A stretch of DNA of 64,000 nt, filler included, from an uncultured bacterium (lineage in GTDB: Bacteria > CAYJOG01), in the NCBI GenBank assembly GCA_964371695.1. It is 12 parts of 12 records of this genome, joined end to end, with 100 filler letters (N's around TTAATTAATTAA, not from the genome) between each part and the next. Parts side by side here need not be neighbours in the genome. Positions count along the whole stretch, not along the records: positions 58,858 to 64,000 come from CAYJOG010000236.1; 11 more parts are not named here. One strand, written 5' to 3'. The notes below the pieces were generated by a model, which made no database searches, was not told the DNA's origin, and saw nothing but the letters and a program-made list of their open reading frames with translations. A program made the translations under genes and the position numbers. Shown here one piece after another: positions 60,485-64,000 of the stretch. Position 1 is the stretch's first letter. Every line of letters starts with the position of its first letter.

Positions 60485-61938
60485 AACACTCTCCTCACGG
60501 CGGCAAGCCATTGTTTTTTGAGAACATCCCGTTCGGCTTTTTTCATTTTGGGGGAATAGGTGACGGCCCCCTTGGCGGGGGGGGCCACGCTCAACCCCAG
60601 GGTGTGGCGCGCCAGCAGGGCGGCCCCCAGGGCGGTGGTCTCGGCCATGGCCGCCACGCGCACCGGCGCGCCCAGCATGTCCGACTGAAACTGCATAAGG
60701 AATTTGTTGGACGTGACGCCGCCATCCACCTGCAACGCCTTGAGTTTTTTGCCGCTGTCGGCGCTCATGGCGTCCAGCACGTCCACCGTCTGATAGGCCA
60801 GCGATTCCAACACCGCCCGCACCATGTGCGCCCGGCTGCTGCCCCGCGTGAGGCCCAGAAAAGCCCCCCGCGCCTCAGGGTTCCAGTGGGGCGCACCCAG
60901 GCCCGCCAGGGCGGGCACAAACACCACGCCCCCCGTGTCCGGTACGCTGCGGGCCAGTTTTTCGGTGTCGGCGTAGTTCTCGATCAGCCCCGCCTGTTCG
61001 CGCAGCCACTGCACCGCCGCGCCGCTGATGAAGCTGCTGCCCTCCAGCGCGTAGGTGCGTTTTCCCCCCAATTGCCACGCCACGGTGCTGAGCAGGCCGT
61101 GCTGGCTCACGGACACCGTCGCGCCGGTGTTGAGCAGCGTGAAACTGCCGGTGCCATAGGTGCATTTGGCCATGCCGGGCTGGTGCGCCCCCTGGCCATA
61201 AAGCGCGGCCTGTTGGTCTCCCACGGCGCTCAATATGGGCAAGCCCTTGAGAAAACCGCTTTTGATGACGCCATAAGGCGCAGCGTTGTCGCGGATTTCG
61301 GGCAGGGTCACGCGACGGTCCACGCCAAACAGTTCCCGCAGGCTGTCGTCCCAGCCGCCGGTGTGCAGGTTATAGAGCAGGGTGCGGCTGGCGTTGCTGG
61401 CGTCGGTGGCGTGGACAAGGCCGCCGGTGAGCTGAAAGATCAGATAACTTTCCACCGTACCCGCCAGAGCCTGCTGGCCCTTTTTCACGCGGCCTTCCTT
61501 CAGCATCCAGCCCCACTTGGTGCCGCTGAAATAGGGGTCCACGGTGAGGCCGGTTTTCTGGCGCACTTTTTCGGACAGGCCGGGTTTTTTCTTGAGGGTT
61601 TCGCACACTGCCGAGGTGCGCCTGTCCTGCCACACAATGGCCCGGCCCAGGGCCTTGCCATCCGGTGTAAAGAGCAGGGCGGTTTCGCGCTGGTTGGTGA
61701 TGCCCACGCCGGCGATGTCGCCCACCTTGCGGCCGCTCTGGGCCAGGGCTTTTTTGGCCGCCATGAGCACGCTGCCCAGCAGGTCCGCCGGTTCGTGCTC
61801 CACCCAGCCGGGTTTGGGAAAGTGTTGTTTGAAAGGCACGTTGGCCTTGCCGAGCACACGCAACTGGTTGTCCAGAACCAGCGCCGTGCTGCCGGTGGTG
61901 CCTTGGTCGAGCGCCAACAGAATGGACATGTGCTTCAT
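60481..61938 (-). CDS. glpK: Glycerol kinase
   Basis: LDQGTTGS, GITNQRET, WQDRRT, DPYFSGTK and GDQQAAL motifs. Confidence 0.96.
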   Translation of the reverse strand: MKHMSILLALDQGTTGSTALVLDNQLRVLGKANVPFKQHFPKPGWVEHEPADLLGSVLMAAKKALAQSGRKVGDIAGVGITNQRETALLFTPDGKALGRAIVWQDRRTSAVCETLKKKPGLSEKVRQKTGLTVDPYFSGTKWGWMLKEGRVKKGQQALAGTVESYLIFQLTGGLVHATDASNASRTLLYNLHTGGWDDSLRELFGVDRRVTLPEIRDNAAPYGVIKSGFLKGLPILSAVGDQQAALYGQGAHQPGMAKCTYGTGSFTLLNTGATVSVSQHGLLSTVAWQLGGKRTYALEGSSFISGAAVQWLREQAGLIENYADTEKLARSVPDTGGVVFVPALAGLGAPHWNPEARGAFLGLTRGSSRAHMVRAVLESLAYQTVDVLDAMSADSGKKLKALQVDGGVTSNKFLMQFQSDMLGAPVRVAAMAETTALGAALLARHTLGLSVAPPAKGAVTYSPKMKKAERDVLKKQWLAAVRRVL

Positions 61939-62040
61939 TGTAACCGCCCCGCCGCAAAGCAGTGTGTTTTCAGCGCCCGTTCAAAAAGCCGTGAAGTGCT
62001 GGTCTCCCTTGCGGTGTCGGCTTACAATTTGTACAGAGTC

Positions 62041-62271
62041 ATGGCGCTGCCACAGTTAAAACAAACCCGTCAGTCGCGCCTTGAGCATCTTGTGCAACAG
62101 CTTCGTCACCTTGAGGAAAGCCGACTGAAAGACGTGGAATCTCTGGTGGAAGCCCACCTGCACGACCAACTTGAAGAAGCCGAATTGGTGGAATCGGCCA
62201 CCCACATGTCCATGGACTCCCTTTCCCGCGTCTGGGCCAATGACGACACGCCGGTTCCGGCCAAGGATTGA
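62041..62271 (+). CDS. Putative type II antitoxin (76 aa, DUF2281-like)
   Basis: Small acidic helical protein ending SLSRVWANDD, located 6 nt upstream of a PemK/MazF toxin. Confidence 0.7.
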   Translation: MALPQLKQTRQSRLEHLVQQLRHLEESRLKDVESLVEAHLHDQLEEAELVESATHMSMDSLSRVWANDDTPVPAKD

Positions 62272-62277
62272 GCCTCT

Positions 62278-62626
62278 TTGGACTTTTTGTTTGGTGATGT
62301 CATCTGGGCGGCGTTCCCGTTCACGGACGGCACGGGTGAAAAGGACCGCCCGCTGGTTGTTCTCTCTGCACGTTCGGTGAATCAGGCCCGGAACGACCTC
62401 ATCACCGCCGCCATCACCAGCAAAAAAAAACCTGCTCAAACCCAGGCCGTTTGAAATGGAAATCCTGAATCTGAAAGAAGCGGGCCTGATCGAACCTTCG
62501 CTCATCAAGCCGGTTTTCACCAGTCTCTCCAAAAACCGTGTCAGGAAAAAATCTGGCAGGTTGTCTGCCCCAGACCGCGAAGCGCTGCAACAATGGCTGT
62601 TTGAATTGATGCAGGATGACCAATAG
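62278..62626 (+). pseudogene. PemK/MazF-family toxin frameshifted at an A9 run (62422..62430)
   Basis: TTG after AAGGA: MDFLFGDVIWAAFPFTDGTGEKDRPLVVLS...AAITSK; continues in the +1 frame as EAGLIEPSLIKPV...GRLSAPDREAL. Confidence 0.85.
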
Positions 62627-62652
62627 TTCCAGCCCGGTAAACACCAGTCGGC

Positions 62653-63636
62653 TTATTCCTCCACCCCTGACTTGGCCTCTGCACCGCCCCCCGGCAGGCC
62701 GGGCACGGAATAAACCACCCGCTGGGGATAGGGAATGTCAATGCCCTGCTGGCGAAAGGCGCTCTCGATGGCAAAGCGCAGCTCGCTCAGCACCAGGGGC
62801 CAGGTCCACTGGTCGCTCACCCACACCCCCAGGCGAAAAACAAACGCGCTCTCGCCGAACTCTTCAAACAACACCTGCGGCGGCGGCTTGGCCAGCACTT
62901 TTTCGTGGGCCTGGGCCACCACGAGCAGCGTGTCGCGCACCTGCTGGGGGTTGGCGCTGAAGGCCACGTTGATTTTCAGGTTGTGGCAGGTGTCGTGATT
63001 GCCCAGATAGGTGAGGTTGATGAGCTGGCCCGTGAGCAGGTCGCTGTTGGGCACGATCACGTCCAGGTTGTCCCGCGTGTTCACCACGGTGCAGCGGGTG
63101 TGCACCTCTTTCACCCGGCCCTCCAATGTGCCCAGACGGATGATGTCCCCCACGGCGGCGGGCCGTTCTATCAGCAGAATCAGACCGCTGATGAAGTTCT
63201 GCACGATGTTCTGCATGCCAAAACCGATGCCCACCATGAGCGCGCCGCCGATGGCGTGAAAGGCCGTGAGATTCACGCCGGTGCTCACCAGGGCGGTGTA
63301 AAACGTGAGCACCACGATGAGATAGTGCGTGAGCTTGAGCAGGCTGTGGGCGGGGCCTTGCTGCATCTGGGCGCGTTGCAGCACAGCCCGCAACACCCGG
63401 CGCAGCAGCAGACTTAAAAACAGCCCCCCCGCCAGAATCGCCAAAAACGTGATGAGACTGAGCGGCGTAAGCGCCAGGCCCTTGATGTGAAACAGCGGCT
63501 CACTCAGCCAGGGCAGCGCCTCCTGCGCCTGGGTCGCGGCCCGGGTGGCCATTTGCGGAGCCTTTTCGGTGAGGGGCCGGGCGCTGCTGAGCGCAGCGGC
63601 GGACGTGGCGGAAACGGACTGGCTGAGCGCGGCCAT
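62653..63636 (-). CDS. Small-conductance mechanosensitive channel (MscS family)
   Basis: GIGFGMQNIVQNFISGLILL, VIVPNS and GIDIPYPQR motifs. Confidence 0.93.
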   Translation of the reverse strand: MAALSQSVSATSAAALSSARPLTEKAPQMATRAATQAQEALPWLSEPLFHIKGLALTPLSLITFLAILAGGLFLSLLLRRVLRAVLQRAQMQQGPAHSLLKLTHYLIVVLTFYTALVSTGVNLTAFHAIGGALMVGIGFGMQNIVQNFISGLILLIERPAAVGDIIRLGTLEGRVKEVHTRCTVVNTRDNLDVIVPNSDLLTGQLINLTYLGNHDTCHNLKINVAFSANPQQVRDTLLVVAQAHEKVLAKPPPQVLFEEFGESAFVFRLGVWVSDQWTWPLVLSELRFAIESAFRQQGIDIPYPQRVVYSVPGLPGGGAEAKSGVEE

Positions 63637-63677
63637 GGGTGAAGAATATCACCGGGCGGTGTTGGCGCAGACCAGAC

Positions 63678-63813
63678 TTAGCGCAATTCCAGAATTGGTG
63701 GAGCGCCCAACTGGGCACGGCAAAAAGCCGTGCCCGTCCCCTCTCCCCTTTAATGGGGAGAGGTGAAAAACCTTTCCACTCCTTAAGCTCTGCCATTTTC
63801 GAAAATGCTCTAA
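63678..63813. mobile_element. Short family A MITE-like element
   Basis: Ends TTAGCGCAATTCCAGAATTGGTGGAGC / GCTCTGCCATTTTCGAAAATGCTCTAA; internal CCCTCTCCCC hairpin. Confidence 0.7.
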
Positions 63814-64000
63814 TCGCACCCACCGCCGCCGTCCCCACCGCCACAGTCGCCGCCGCCGCTGTCGCTTCCACCACAATCCCCACTGTCAAAACCACTCCCC
63901 GTGTCACAGGCGCTGGCATTGTCGGTGGCACAGTCGCCCGGCGCGGGTGGGCAGTTCTCGCCGGAAAAGTTGTTGTCTGGTGGCCAATACTGCTGTGTGT
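63810..64000 (-). CDS. C-terminal fragment of a protein with a Gly/Asp/Cys-rich tail (not in ORF track)
   Basis: Reads ...ENCPPAPGDCATDNASACDTGSGFDSGDCGGSDSGGGDCGGGDGGGGCD*. Confidence 0.65.
   Translation of the reverse strand, partial: TQQYWPPDNNFSGENCPPAPGDCATDNASACDTGSGFDSGDCGGSDSGGGDCGGGDGGGGCD

Noticed and set aside
60511..62040. 586-aa ORF 60511..62271 as one gene
   Set aside because: Most of it is antisense to glpK; only the last 76 codons from ATG 62041 look like a real gene.

Overview
The window is not contiguous. It is 12 short contigs (about 5.1-5.3 kb each, in descending length order) joined by artificial 100-nt linkers (N44-TTAATTAATTAA-N44), with two further internal 10-N gaps, so neighbours across linkers are meaningless. 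The DNA comes from a GC-rich diderm bacterium (lpxK, LptF/G, MCP, CheA). It carries housekeeping genes (nuoF/J/K/L/M/N, tpiA, tRNA-Pro, HU, ppx, ruvC/A, argF, ftsY, cmk, clpP, glpK) and two giant secreted repeat proteins, one of which combines a subtilase with a zinc-metalloprotease motif. The main things worth follow-up are: (1) a low-GC, translationally coupled ABC/AAA_21 ATPase + TOPRIM-like (DUF4276-type) gene pair, a candidate defence module; (2) an antitoxin + PemK/MazF toxin operon absent from the ORF track, whose toxin is frameshifted in an A9 run; (3) a dense set of modular, nested palindromic repeat/MITE families in the intergenic DNA; (4) a GldA-like ATPase broken by a single TAA at a conserved Tyr; (5) an ankyrin protein with a FliL-like C-terminus; (6) a ~125-nt stretch in nuoL that reads as normal coding DNA only when complemented without reversal, probably an assembly artefact. 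No CRISPR array, rRNA, integrase or transposase was seen. All family assignments are from motif recognition by eye, not database searches.
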